DNA of 64,000 bases from the human T2T-CHM13v2.0 reference genome, Homo sapiens. The DNA lies in the NCBI RefSeq assembly GCF_009914755.1, contig NC_060933.1; one strand, written 5' to 3'. Numbering within the stretch: position 1 is the stretch's first letter; the number at the start of each line of letters is the position of its first letter. The position numbers and the translations under genes were made by a program. Under the pieces are notes generated by a model. The model was not told the origin of the DNA and made no database searches. It saw only the letters and a program-made list of their open reading frames with translations. Below are positions 37,022-55,823 of this stretch, in pieces.

Positions 37022-39889
37022 CCAAGACATTTTCATTACCCTAAAAGAAAACCCTTTAGTCACAAGTGTGGTTCCAGGTGTGAGCTGGCTTTGTGATCTG
37101 TAGAGCTGAGGGTAGAAGCTTCCATTTGAAACGTCTGCTCAGGTGGCTGCTGGAATGTGGCTGGACTTCAGGTAGACTATACCTTAGTTGGCCCTACAGA
37201 GGCATCTAAGAAGTTGTCCAGAATTTGAAGTTCTATAAAAGGAGATCCATTTACAATACACGCAAGGGAGCTGACTATTGAAAATAAGCCAGCAGTGAAT
37301 CCTTTGGTGTGCCTTTGTGTTGAATAAATTGGAATTTTTATAGATTGGGTTTGCAGCTCAACCAAGTTCTGAAAAGTGTGAGTCCAAACCGCATAGAGGT
37401 GAAGGTGGCAGGACTCAAGTTTCTATGGTTTTAAGGGTACAGGGACTTTCTCCTGCGCAATAATCTCATCTAAGAGAAGCCCAGGGCCTCCCACGTGGGC
37501 TTGTAGAGGGCAGGCTCCAGACTACAGAGAAAAGGGGAAACTGTGTTTTCCCCGCCCACAGAGACTGAAGGTCAGACCAGATCACGTTAAAGCAAGAAGA
37601 CTTGGTATTCTTCCCTGGGGAATTTGTAGGTTACCAAGATTGGCAGGGAAGGGGAGGAGGACCAGAGATGTTCTAGAGTGTCACTCGATCCCCATGTATG
37701 GAGGGAACATTAACCCTGTGTCACGCACTTGGCACTTGGTACTTATTATTCCATTTAATTTCCCCAGCAATCCCTTCACTCACAGGCAAAGCCTGCAATT
37801 ACCAACAAGGTAAAGTGGCTGACCAAGGCCACAGGCAAGTCAAGCCCTGGGGCTAGGATTGGAACCCAAATCTCATGGCTCAAGTCTTGAGGCTGACTCC
37901 ACCAAGCCACTGTGAAGTCCCCCTGAGAGCAACCAAGAGCCAGGCATGTGGGGGGTAACAGGGCTAGAGAGGATGTTCTCAGTGGGCAGTGCTAATGTGA
38001 CCCTGTGGGAGGGACATTCCTGTCTTCTCTTTTTGGTTTGTCTTGGAAAGTCCCACATCTTTTGCAGAACTGCTTCCTGGTATCCCTATCTGGAATTTAC
38101 ACCAAGGACAGCCAAAGGCCAAGACTGGCTTAGAGGCCTGAGGAGTGGGGATCAGAGAAAAGGGTCAGTCCATCCTGTGCAGCCTTCCCGGCCTGGGCCC
38201 CTGTGAGTTGATGGAGGAAATCAGTGGCCATCGTTCCCCTATCCTTATCCTGAGCAGGGGTACTGGAGGCCCTGGGAAAGCCCCCTGAGCTAAGACTGAT
38301 CTTCCTTGCCCAAAAATAGCTGCCTGGGATTCAAAGAGACTGCATGGGAAGAGGAGGAACTTCAGATTCACACCTGGGTTCAAATCCTGGTTCCATCCCT
38401 TACTTGCTGTGTGACCTTGGCCAATGTCCCTCACTTCTCTGCACCTTGGTTTCTCCATCTGTAAAGTGGGATCAACCATCATCCTATGGAAGGGGCCAGT
38501 CCACAGGAAACACCTCTCATCAGGGAGTGGGAGCTGTTAGGAGGTTTCTCAGCATTCCTCTAGCTTCTAGAAGCCCCCTTCCAAGGAGTAAAACCTGTGC
38601 CTAAAGTGCTAGTGCTCTGGCCTAGGCACTGGCTTGGCCCTGGGGAGCTACCATGATGGACCAGTTATGGTCCCTGCCCTTCCGGAGCACAAAGTCTAGG
38701 GAGGAGGACAGAGCCTAAGCAGGCAGAGCCACACGTGGGATAGGGCTGCAGCAAAGGGACACACAGGGGCCCCAAAAGGGAAGGAGGATCCTGCCTGGGG
38801 TCAGGGAAGACTCCACAGGGACAGAGACTGGGGGCGAGAGTTTAAATCTTTAATAACCTGTTTGTCACAGTCACTGACCAATCAGAAAGGACACTGGCTG
38901 TAAACAATCCACAGCACCCACCAGTGTCTACCAGCTGATGATGAATGCCCTGGGAAGGGGCATTGATTGGGGTGCTGGCGGATGAATAAGAGTTCTTTCG
39001 ACAAGTGGGAAGAAAGGGCACCCCAGGCAAAGGGAGCACTACGTGCTCAATCCTGGTGACAGGAAAAACCACGGCTGGAGCATAAGATGTGTTGGGGGAA
39101 GGTGGGGCATGAGAGCAGAGAGGGTCTCGAATGCCACTACATTTGGGAGACACGGTTAGGACTTCTCTGATGTGGCACTCCACACTGGTGACCCAGTTGA
39201 ACAGGCACTGCAGTGAGAGTTTTCAGGGTCTGGACACGCCTCCTCTCCCAGGTCCACGACATCTACATGGGGCAGAGCTCTTACTAGGGGTCCAGGCTCA
39301 GGCTCCATTCTCTTGGGAGAGGGGCTGGCAAGGTGGGTCAGGAAGAGAGGCTCAGCCAAGGGGCTCTAGAGAGCCTTTTGAGTGGGGAAACTGAGGCCAA
39401 TGCTCAGATGTATGAGTGGGATCAAATCAGTGGGAGGTGGAGACACTGGTGACCTGAGCTTCCCTGAGCTTCCCTGGCTTTGAGTCCTCCCCCTAGAGTG
39501 GCACTGAGGCCTCCTGTTAGCTCAGGAAAAACTCAGGGATGTTTTAAGGGTCAAGTTCTAGCACCAGCTCTGCTGCTGATGAGCTGTGACCTTGAGCAAG
39601 GCACAGACCCCTCTGGGCATGGGGACCCTGTTGATTGCTTCCTTGGAAATGGAAGATGTCCCAGGCTGATCCTGTTCTGCCAGCCTCCCTGACCTGGCAT
39701 CATGGAGAATGTGAGGGCTTCAGATTCAGGCAGAGCTGAGTTTGAATCTCTGCTTTGGAAATGGACTGGGTGTTTGACTTGGACCAAGTGCTAAGCTCTG
39801 GGCCTTTATTTCCCCATCTACAAAACAAGGAATTGATTGGTGAGATTAGCGTTGAATGGAATAAATGAAAAACTCTGGTGGGGGGGGGC

Positions 39890-40222
39890 AGCTGGGCACA
39901 GTGACTCGCGCCTGTAATCCCAGCACTTTGGGAGGCCGAGGTGGGTGGATCACCTGAGGTCAGGAGTCCAAGACCAGCGTGGGCAACACGGCGAAACCCC
40001 GTCTCTACTAAAAATACAAAAATTAGCTGGGCATGGTGGTGCATGTCTGTAATCTCAGCTACTCAGGAGGCTGAACCAGGAGAATCACTTGAACCCAGGA
40101 GGCGGAGGCTGCAGTGAGCCGAGATCGTGCCATTGCACTTCAGCCTGTGTGACAAGAGTGAAACGCCTCTCGAAAATAAAAAATAAAAAAAAATAAAAAA
40201 GAAAGAAAAGAAAAAGAAAAAA
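39890..40222 (+). mobile_element. AluS
   Basis: Alu consensus; TSD-like 'gaaaaactctgg'. Confidence 0.9.
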
Positions 40223-40369
40223 CTCTGGGGACTGGAGACAAAATAGTAAAAGGAGGTGGTAGAGAGCCTTGCTTCCGCCCTCACCTCCTATGAGGTGCCC
40301 TCTGCTTGCAGAATCTCTCAGCAGCCGGACTTTTGCAGAAGCTGCAGGTCAGTGGTGAGTGAGGAGGAA

Positions 40370-40486
40370 GGCTGTATCATTGATTGTTCTCCCAGGACAC
40401 TTTGAGCATGAAAGGGGGCACCGTTAGTAATAAACAGCCATAAACCTGGGCTGTCCTAAGGAAACCAGAGTTTATGATGCCCCTGG
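40370..40486. mobile_element. hAT-Blackjack MITE (MER81-like)
   Basis: 'ccaggacactttgagcatgaaagggggcaccgttagtaat'. Confidence 0.55.
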
Positions 40487-41630
40487 TGATGAGTGGAGAT
40501 TCAGAAATTGAAATGGAGAGGCGGAAGCGGGACACGATTGAGGAGGGATGTGAGCAGGTGCCAGGAGGCGCAATCTTTGGAGAGAGGGTGTGGTGCCCAA
40601 GCAGACTTTGGGAGGCTTTTCTGCGGGAGGTACCGATTCGCTCCCCTCTTCTGGGTCCCAGGTGAACTTCAGGAAAGAGCAGCTTTGCTTTGCAGCAGTT
40701 TGGGAGCTGGATTGGGGCTGGATACGTTTTGTAACCTTATGCCTCTGCACGCTGGTTGGCTGCTTCACTTTTTTCTTGGTTATAACTTCCTGCAGAGACT
40801 GGTCTTCGGCTGGGAGCAGGAAGGCACTCTTAGAGTTGGGTTAGGAAAGTAAAGGCGCTTTTCCGATGCCTAGAAGGCAGTAGCTGCTTAGTAAACGTTC
40901 ATCCCCTGCCATCTTAACCAGCAAGCGCCTTTGCTCTGGGACCCTGGTCCACGGTTGCTTCAAGCCCCCGGAGGAACCGCTGCCTTCATACTCCTCCAGA
41001 TGGTCTAAGCCCTCCTGCCTCCCACCCCTCCCACACACGAATGCAGGAAGTCCTCTGAGAGCCTGCTGGATCAGTTTCCTTTCCGCTTCCTTTCTCTTCC
41101 TCTCCGGTGAGGGCTGGGACGCAGCTGGCGGAGTTGGGGGGGGTTCTCCCCCAGACTGCTTCTCTGCACAGCCCCCTTAACGCGTCACTCACAGGGCCTG
41201 CATTCCTCCAACTTTAATGCCTCCTCTGGGAACACAGGCTTCCAGAAACCTGAGATGACCAACCAGCCGGTGCAGGCCAGAGGGAGAAGGGCCCAGACGG
41301 TGAGGGGGAGAGTGAGGGGCTTGACTTCTGCCTTTGCTGAAAAGAGGAACCGCAGGCCTCCCCCTCCCCTTTCAGCTTATGGGACTTCTAGACCAGGGAG
41401 CAAAAAGCACTGGCTCTTGCCAAACCCACTTAGGGAGATGGAAAAGGAAAGATGGCACGATAGTTTGTAAAGGTGGAAGATCTTTTGTCACATACACCAG
41501 GTACAAAGGTTTTCATACTGGGACCCTTTACTGTCCCTTTAGGCTTCTAGAACAATAGGGCAGACTACTAGCAGAACCAAAAACAGAGAGGTGAACTAGG
41601 ATTAAGTAATGGCTCCCAACAACTGCCTTG

Positions 41631-42038
<408 letters not shown>

Positions 42039-42414
42039 TCACATCACCTCCCAAGTGTATATGGCCACGTACAGTTGGAAGCATCGCCACTCCTGCACCC
42101 TTCTCCCTGGTTAACTAGTGAAATTCTTCCCTTGGGGATTTTATTCATTCCATTGATGTAAGCCCGTCCCCACTTCACTACACTCTTGCAGTCTTAAAAT
42201 TATGGCTCACTAGGCCCAAAAGGATCTTTAGAAATTAATTTGTCCAATTCTTTTCCCTATGGATGGGGAAATCGAGGTTCAGAAAGAAGACAAAACTTGC
42301 TTGTATCAGCCCTAGATCTCCTGAGGCAGAGTGCTTCAGTGCAAAGGGTCTTATCAGACAGACCTGGCCTCGAGTCCTGACTCTGACATTTACTTTCTGG
42401 GCCACCTTGGCTAG

Positions 42415-43066
<652 letters not shown>

Positions 43067-43309
43067 TATGCTACTTTTTTGAGCCTCAGTTTCCTCATCT
43101 ATTAAGTGGAGATCATAATACCTTCACTGACGGGTTGTTGTAAATATTCAAAGAGGTCCCAGGTTGGGATGCAGCAGCCTCATTCCTGGCACGCAGTGAG
43201 TGCTCAGTGCAGGCAGCCTTCCTTCTCCCCAGCAAAGGAAAATGGAATCTTAAGGCTCTGAGACCAGGGTCATTCCTTTATGGAGCCTGAGAGGGGGATA
43301 GATAGGACC

Positions 43310-44407
<1,098 letters not shown>

Positions 44408-44457
44408 TATGATATGGAATTTTTCAGTGGTAAGAAGTGATAGAGGGGATCATTATG

Positions 44458-45505
44458 GTAGTCAACCAAAAAAAAAAAATTACAATGTATAAATTTGGAA
44501 AAGGAGAGGAGACTTTGTTTCTTATAAAGAGTTACAGCCTGCAAAGGGGCCATCCCACAAGCAGGGAAATGTGTCTTTGGATAAGACCAGAGACTGTTAC
44601 TTCGAAGGAGGAGGGGTTGGGGTAGATGCTTGATGCTAAACAGGTTGCCTAAAAACACATATATTTAACAGGTTACAAAAGAATATTTATGAAGGTGGTC
44701 ATGACACATGTGAATTGAACAAACAGGTATGTAACATAGGACCCATGTTCATTTCGGGATGGAGACTTAACAGTTAAATGTATTATAATTAGGCCCTATA
44801 AGTCAAAAGGTCTTTTCGGGACACAAGGCACACAAGTGTACCATCTCCATAAACCTACCAGGGCCCGTCTACAGTCGGTGGTCTTTTTATCAGGAGAAAG
44901 TTACTGAAGTTAGTCTCTTGTCTAGTGAAAGTTGTAGTTGTGGTTGGTGGACCAGTAAGTCAGTATTTGTGAGTTGGATGAATTGCAATTGTTTTAATAT
45001 TAATGTTATTTTGAGGCCGGTGTTTGTTTAGTTGTCAGAGAAAAAGACAAAGCTTGTGGCAGTTAAAACACAGTTTATTTTTTAACTGTAGGGTATTTGA
45101 CTTAACCCGAGCCTGGGATGGCCTTAAGTCTTGTTTATAATTTTTTTTTTAATAGGGTCTCACTCTTTTGCCCAGGCTGGAGTGCAGTGGCATAATCTTG
45201 GCTCACTGCAACCTCCGCCTCCTGGTTCAAGCAATTCTCCTGCCTCAGCTTCCCAAGTAGCTGGGACTACAGGCACGTGCCACCACACCCAGCTACTTTT
45301 TGTAGTTTGAGTAGAAATGGAATTTTACCATGTTGGCCAGGCTGGCCTCAAACTCCTGACCTCAAGTGATCTACCCACCTTGACCTCCCAAAGTGCTGGG
45401 ATTACAGGCGTGAGCCACGATACTCGGCCTATAATTTGGTATTTTGTTGTTACTAAGAGTCTGTTTTGTCAGTCTTAATGATCTCTATTTTAACATTAAT
45501 GTTGG
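44458..45505. mobile_element. ERV1 MER4-group LTR/internal-like fragment, interrupted by an Alu (~45141-45430, -)
   Basis: 'gagttacagcctgcaaaggggccatccc', 'taatttggtattttgttgttactaagagtctgttttgtcagtctt'. Confidence 0.5.
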
Positions 45506-45506
45506 A

Positions 45507-45823
45507 GGTGGGACAGGGTGGCTCACACCTGCCTGTAATCCAAGCACTTTGGGAGGCTAAGGTGGACAGATCACTTGAGGCTAGGAGTTCAAGACCAGCC
45601 TAGGCAACATGGCGAAATCCCGCCTCTACCAAAAATACAAAAATTAGCCGGATGTGGTGGCTCACACCTCTAATCTCAGCTACGTGGGAGGCTGAGGCAT
45701 AAGAATCACTTGACCCTGAGGCAGAGGTTGCAGTGAGCTGAGATCACACCATTGCACTCTAGCCTGGGCAACAGATCAAGACTCTGTCTCAAAAAATAAA
45801 TAAATAAATAAATAAATAAATAA
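45507..45823 (+). mobile_element. Alu with (TAAA)n tail
   Basis: Alu consensus. Confidence 0.88.
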
Positions 45824-46645
45824 GTGACTCTGGGGCTTGCTGTGCTAGCCAAATGTATCTGCATGTCTGCTATGAATTGCAGCTTTCCTACGTCCCAACT
45901 GTGTGACCTTGGGCGAGTCACTTTACCTCTCTGAACTTTTTCTGTGTGTGTGGTGGGGAAACTGAGGCAAATTCCCAGCTATCTATGTATCTATAAAGGA
46001 TAACCCTGACACTCGCCTCATAGGCTTGTTGGAATAATGAAATGAGATGACGTATGGAAAATGTGAAGTGCTAGGCTCTGAGCTTGATGAACAATTGGTA
46101 TTGATATTATTTCAGCCACATGCTGGTTCAGTGTCTTCCCATACAGAACTGTAACCTGGTGAGAAAGATGTTAACACCTACAGTTTCCTAATGAGGCTCC
46201 AAGGCTCTGAGAAGTAAAGTGACTTGTTCAAGGCCATAGTGCTAGAAGGTGGCAGAGCCAAGCTTTGAACCCTGGTCTGATTGGCTCCAAGGCTGGGGCT
46301 CTGCCAAGACTCCCTGGCCTCAGTCCAGTTCTGGGGGTGCTGACTGCAGAGCAGTGGTTGTGGTATTTGGCCACAGGCTGCAGGCAGAATGTATATGGCC
46401 AAATGGCCACCTATCCCAGGGGCCTGCCTGAGCAACTCGTCTCGATCCTGAAGTCTGCAGCTTTGAGCCATGCAGCTCACACATGCCTCCTTCTTTGAGG
46501 GCTCCGGAGCCCCACATTTACTGCCTTTCCTCCAGTGTGCCTCTCTAGCCACTCATCCTGTTTCAGGGGAATCACCCCAAAACAGCAAGCACAACCCCCA
46601 ACCAGGTCCCTCAGAATACCATTTGAATGGTGGAAGGGGACTTTC

Positions 46646-46962
46646 TTTTTTTTTGAAACAGGGTCTCACTGTGTCGCCCAGGCTGGAGAGCAGAGGCGAA
46701 ATCATAGCTCACCGCCACCTCAAACTCCTAAGCTCAAGTGATCCCCATACCTCAGCCTCCCGAGTAGCTGGAACCACGGGCACGTGCCACTATGCACAGC
46801 TAATTTATTTTTTTCTTTTGTTTTTCTCTCTTTTTTTTTTTTTTGTAGAGATGGGGCCTTAATATGTTGCCTAGGCTGGTCTCAAACTCCTGGCCACAAG
46901 CCACCCTCCCACCTCGGCTCCCCAGAGCAATGGGATTTCAGCCATAAGCCACCATGCCAGCC
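46646..46962 (-). mobile_element. AluJ-like
   Basis: diverged reverse Alu. Confidence 0.85.
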
Positions 46963-47659
46963 CTAATTTTCTTTCTTGATGATGGGTTAGACCCTGGCCA
47001 CTTACAGTCCTGGTATGGAGGGCAGGTTTGGGGCTGAGGGGAGGGAGTAGCAGTACCCAGACCCTGGCAAGCCCCTTCTTGAAGAATCTTCTCTGATTCC
47101 CTGCCCCTGCCCTCTTCCTACCCGCTCCCATACCTGTTTTGCCAGGTTTCTCCTCTGGTTCCTTTTCCCCACTCCACCCCCCAAGACAAGCCTGGCGTGT
47201 CCTGATGCCTGGAAAAATTACACCCATTCCCAGCCAACCAGGGCCAGGGCTGAGAAACCCACAACCAAATGCCTGCCTCTTCCTTCAGAACAGTTGCTTC
47301 ACATTTGGGATTTGGGGTTGATGGACAGATGATGTCATCGGCCCCAAATCCAAGGGGCCTCTTGCCTCCATCTGCTCTGAGAGCAGCCAGCCCTACTGGG
47401 CATGCAGAGGAGGCCTCGAGCTCACAAGAGAGACTCACTCCAGCCACATCAGCCAGGAGTTTCAGGAAGGGTGTCTGGGCCCCCTCACTCATCTCCAAAG
47501 CCAAGGGGTTACCTGGATACCTGGAGAAGAAATGTGGCCAGGGTGGGACCCAGTGGACTCAGTTCATTTATTCCCCTATCCCGTCATGCTTGGTAGCACA
47601 GGGAAAATAGGAACACAGATTCTGAGCCTGTCAGACATCCTGCTACAAAGTGTGCTCAA

Positions 47660-48281
<622 letters not shown>

Positions 48282-48453
48282 TTAATCTCTCTGAGCATCA
48301 GTTTTCTCCTGTGCATGTTTTCTCACCTGAGACATGGATACTCACATCAGAGAGCTGGTGCTGGTGCTACCTACATGCAGGACTCAGTGCCTGAATGAGT
48401 GAGAGGCTGTTTGTTCCTGTATTTAGTCACCTGCCTGTAATTGTTTCATGTGA

Positions 48454-49438
<985 letters not shown>

Positions 49439-50861
49439 GGTCACACCATGAATCCTAGGTCTTTCCTGTGCCAGGCTCTGGGCAGCTGCTGGAAGCCAAG
49501 GCATATCCATCAACACTCCTGCTTCATGGGAGGAGAGAGACGAAGCCAGCAACAGATCGGCCTATTCAACTCAGCATCAGGAGAGAACAGGTGCCAGAAA
49601 GCAAGCGGGGATAGAGTCCCAGTGTACTGTGAGCTTGCAAAACACCTTCAAAGGCCAAAATCACATTCCCCCAATACCCCATTGCCATGTCTGTTGCCTC
49701 TCAGCAGCCAGAAACTCCTACTCTCTTCCTGAGGAGCACAATGATTTTGACAGTTTCTTTGGGCGACTGACATCGCACCAACTCCTTTGTGATTTTAGTA
49801 TTCGTGGTCTCTGAGTCTGTATCCTCATCTGTACAATGGGCAACAATCTCTACCTCAAAGTGCAGTTGAGAGTATCAGGTAAGGGAACAGACAGGAAATG
49901 CAGTTCATATGCAGTTCATGGTGCTCCCTGCAGGCCGTAGGATTTGAGTCTGCTAGTTGAAACAGCAGATATTAGAGCGGGTGGTAGAGGGAAGTTCAGG
50001 GAGGTGCGGGGAGGTGGGAAATCAGAGAGTACATTTCTGCCTCTTGATGGCTGTGTGGCCTTGAGCAAGTCCCATCTGTAAAGTGAGGGTGGGAATGATA
50101 ATCCTTGATAACTTCTTTTTTTTCCACATTCCAGAAACCACCTGGGGAGTGGGGTCTCCAACCGTGTCGGGCGAGGACTCAGAGTTGGCAGCAGTCACTG
50201 CCAAAGGCAGGAGGAGATAACCAGTTAGCAGGCCTGTCACAAGATCAGCAACGCATGAAAGACAAAATGCTTCCCTGCGGCAGGAAGAGCCGACGCTTCC
50301 CTGCGGCAGGAAGAGCCGATGACACACTGCACTTAAAGTATTCCTCCAAGCCCCACCTCATTCTTCCCAGATCCTCTAGCCTTGGAGCACAGCCTCCAAC
50401 TCTTCACTGAGCATTTTCAGGAGTACAATCTCAGGCGACTACCCCAATCCTGCAAGAGAGGCTGCCTGCCCCCCTTTGACAGATGAGGAAACTGAGGCCC
50501 ACAGTGGGGAAATGGATGGCAGGAACTTGAACTGCAGAGAAGAGGCAGACTGAGTTTTCAAGTCTCAAAAGAACCTATGTCTGGACTCTTAAAACAACTC
50601 TACAGATGCCTGGAGCAGAGAGTTTTAAAAATTAGCTCCAAAGCTAACCTCATATACAGGCATGGGGACCCGTGGAGAGAGTACTCTTCTCTTCCTCTCC
50701 AATGTTCCTGTCCCCAACCAGACCATAAAATCTTGAGGGCAGGGGCCATGGCTGAAACTTCTGTTCTCTCCCACAATACTTAGAACAGTACACAGAGTGT
50801 TTGCTCTATGCGGATTAAACAGAGCAGATGCTTGCTGTATGTGGAATTTTTGTGTGTGTGT

Positions 50862-51192
<331 letters not shown>

Positions 51193-51586
51193 TAAAAGGA
51201 AGCAGTTTTTCTGGAGCCAACAGGAAATGGTCTCCAAGAAGTGAAGAAAACATAAGATACACAATAGTGTAGATTGTATGCTATTATATGAGCAAAAAAT
51301 AAGAAGAAATACATATACATTCACATACACACGACCATATATACGTGCATACATATATACACACCCACACAAAACACACTGTCTAGGACAGCATATATTC
51401 GGCAACGTTGGCTCCCTCCAGGGATAAGAACCAGGTGGCTGGGAGGTAGGGGTAGAAAGGACACTTTTCACTTTGTCCCCTTCTGTGCCTTTTGAATTTT
51501 GAACTGTGGGCAAGTATTATCTATTCAAGCAACAAATTAAACATTTTTTAAGTTAAATAACAAAAAATGAGCCAGCTACTTTATAA

Positions 51587-52109
51587 AGTGAGCCATATGA
51601 TGATGTGATGACTCCTACATCCCTATCCTGACCGAAATTCCCCCGGGTCATCAAGTAACAGGAAATCTTAGAAGGTCAAGGTTGACAGGACTCTTGGAGA
51701 CCCATCCCCACATTGTGCTAGGCAGGAAGTGGCCCGGGGTCACACAGGGAGTGGTGGCAGGGCTGGGGAGGAGGTGGAGAGGGTCCCAACTCCTTCTGCA
51801 GCCAGCAGGGTTTGCTGCTCCTAAAAATGTGACTTAACTGCTTAAACTCTCCTGGAAGTTCTTGGTGGGACACCCAGACATCAGTATGTGGCGAAGAGCC
51901 CAGCAGACAAGACACCCCCATTTTGTATAATGTAAAAAATGAATCCCCCAACGCAGTGGCCTTTGCAGACACCCAAGGTGACCCTAAAGTTGATCATCCA
52001 AAGCAAGACACTTGCAGAGGGAAAGGGGTTGCTGTCAATAATCGCACCCGGATGACAAGAGCGAATGAATCCTTCTGGGAAAATTGGAACTCACCCCCTA
52101 CAAAAAATC
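51587..52109 (-). repeat. Inverted repeat, right arm (523 bp)
   Basis: ungapped reverse-complement match to 48916-49438. Confidence 0.97.
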
Positions 52110-52900
52110 CCATTACCGGGAAGATGGCAAGAAGATATTTTGTAACAAAGGAACTTCAAAGGAACATGGCCTGATTCTAAGTTCTTCTTGCCTCTCCTCT
52201 CTCCCCCATTACCCCCTCCCCCAATACTAACAACAATAAAGGACTTGAGTTAACCTGGATTCAAATCCTGGCTATTTTCTGAGCCTCAGTTTCTTCATCT
52301 ATAAAACATAAATCATGACCCCTATCTCAAGGGATGCTATAAGAATTAACTGTCTCTTACAGAGCCAGATGCAGAGAAGGTGCCCGGCAAGCGGTAGTTT
52401 CTCTTCCCTTCGTGCAGAGAAATAATGAAACAACACATACTGAATCCTGAAACTCTTTGGGGGTGAACGGAGACAGACTTTCTCCCAGACCAGTTGAACA
52501 ACGCCTCGGTGGGCAGAAGTGTGAGGCAACGTGTGCAGGGAGACGCTCATCCTAATTCTGGGTGTCATTTTGCAAAGCACTGCTTCACGATGACTCATTT
52601 TGGGACTCCCTAAAAACTCCTTTGAGTTAAAAACAAAAGTTGAGTGGGATTCAGCTTGCATTGTACCTTATCACTCTACTGTGCCCTCGTCAGTGTATCA
52701 GAGTACTGCAGGGAATTCAAGAATCTCTGAGCAGGCTAACCCTGATATTTGCCCCATAGTGTCACCAGGAGCTGGGACCATCTGCACAGGGCCCAGGACA
52801 GAGGGAAAGAAGTGGCCATGAGGGATGGAGGAGGAGGAAGGCCAGGAAAATGGGGTGCATGGGCCTCCCCTACCCTGCTCCCATCCAAGGGGGAGGGGGA

Positions 52901-53385
<485 letters not shown>

Positions 53386-53820
53386 ACAAGGCTTCTTTAT
53401 TCCCCTAACACTCAGCCTGCCTGCAGCCAGACCTACCTCTGTTGATTATCATTGGCTGTGTGACCTGGGACAGATTGCTTGACCTCTCTGAGCCTCGGTT
53501 TCCTAACTGGAAAATGAGGACATCACAAGTATCTGTCATACGGGTTCTGTGAAGCTGGGGAAGGGCTTTGCAAGCAGTAAAGTCTTACATAGATATTGTG
53601 TGTTGGGGGTGGGGGCAGTCCTTTCCTCCCAGTGGCCTGGTGCGGCTCTCAAAGTTTCCTTCAAAAGGGAGTTTCTGGTTCTTGCTCTGTAGCTTAACTG
53701 AATAGCTGCCAGAACATGGGACCTGCCCTCCACACAGTGGGCCCCTACTGACTTCTCCCACTCCCTCATTCAGGCCTCTGCTCAGATGTCACCTCATCAG
53801 AAAGGCCTTCTTCCAGCACC

Positions 53821-54293
<473 letters not shown>

Positions 54294-54817
54294 TGCCTAG
54301 AAAAGTACCTGGCCCATGGAAGGTGCTCATAGATGTGTCGGGTGAACCAATGACTGAACTAATGTTTGCTGCATGAATATGGCCAGTATCACAAATCCTC
54401 TAGTAACACTGCAATACGCTGTCTCAGAACTTCGATTTCTTTCTATTATTTGTTGCAGTGTTTATTTCTTCTATTTAACTTTTCAATCTGTCTGACATTT
54501 ATTGTGGTGTATATCATGGGAGGCAAGGCTGTAAACAGATCTCCAGCTAAACGGCTAAACAATTTGCAGAACAATCCATTTCCTCCCCATTGGTTTGTGA
54601 TGTCTGCATTTTCATCCACAAGAGCTGGGACCAGGCCCGCTCCTGTGGGCCAGCTGCTGCCTCGTCTGCCCTCTTGTTCCAGAAGCCCAGGGCTATGCTG
54701 TTCCTGAGGCAGGGCTGCCTAGTGATTGGCCACACAGGCACTGGAATTAGACAATCTGCCGTGCACTTTCCAGCTCAACCACTTACCATCTGGGTGACTT
54801 TGAACAAAAGAATTTGC

Positions 54818-55093
54818 TTTTTATTGTTGTTGTCCAGGTTGGAGTGCAGTGGTGCGATCATAGCTCACTGCAGCTGCTAACTCCTATGCTCAAGAGACCC
54901 TCCCGCCTCAGCGTCCCGAGTAGCTGGGACTGCAGGCAGGCACTACCACACCCAGCTAATTCTTACATTTTTCTGTAGACATGGGGTTTTGCTATATTGC
55001 CCAGGCTGGCCTCAAACTCCCAGCCTCAAGGCATCCTCCCACCTCAGCCTCCCATAGTACTGGGATTACAGGTGTGAGCCACCGCACCCAGCC
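54818..55093 (-). mobile_element. AluJ-like
   Basis: reverse Alu consensus. Confidence 0.85.
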
Positions 55094-55798
55094 TGAAATT
55101 TCATTTCTAAGCCTCAAAGCCCATCTGTAAAATGGGCACAAGGGTAACGTTGGCACACGTGGTGGACGCTCCGTTGGTGTCATTATTACAGATCACGGCC
55201 AGTTGAAGCACTTCCACTCATTTGGCAAACAGAAGCCAGACGGGCATTCACCCTGTGCCCAGTACAGTGCTGCGCCCAAGCAGGCAGTCAGTGTCCCTGG
55301 CTCCAGCCCTCCTGGGGTGCAGCACAGTTTTGAATGTGGAGGGGAGGCAGCAGGGGTGGAAACAGCCCAGCCAGGAGCGGCCGCTCTCGGTGCGGGGAGG
55401 AGGTGAAGTGAGAACTGAGCTGCTTGGGTCTCAGGGAGGCTCTGACTTCTAGAGGGGGCGTTCAACATTCTTTAGTGGGGACTTTTACTACTTCCAGAAA
55501 CCTCTGCACATTGGCTCTTGCTGGTCCCCCGGGGGCCACAGGAAGTGGGAGCTCCAGATGAAGAGTCGCTGGCACTTTGAGGGCAGGGGGCAGGGCCTTC
55601 CCCTCATCGGAATACTCTTGGAGCCTACTTCAGTGCCTGCATTCAGCTGGTGCACAATAAGTGCTTGTTACTGTGCCAATTTCAGTATGACTAGGGCTGT
55701 GGTAGGAGCAATGCTAGGCGATGGGGAATCCGAAGACGCACAGGAGTCCAAGGGTTGGCTGACTGCAGACCCTCATCATAAGTCTAGAGCCGGAGAAG

Positions 55799-55823
55799 AT
55801 GGGGAGACGCCGGCCTGCGCCCT
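55799..55823 (+). CDS. NEK6: Coding start of an upstream alternative first exon of NEK6 (MGRRRPAP + 1 nt, phase-1 donor); partial CDS
   Basis: ATG GGG AGA CGC CGG CCT GCG CCC T|GTGAGT; matches my recollection of the N-extended NEK6 isoform beginning MGRRRPAPFRALVRLACRM. Exon 2 is outside the window. Confidence 0.7.

Noticed and set aside
40472-41192. Possible processed pseudogene on the minus strand
   Set aside because: No recognisable protein in any frame, no poly(A)/TSD
55445-55465. Possible CTCF site (ctagagggggcg)
   Set aside because: Only the 3' half matches the consensus; not supportable from sequence alone
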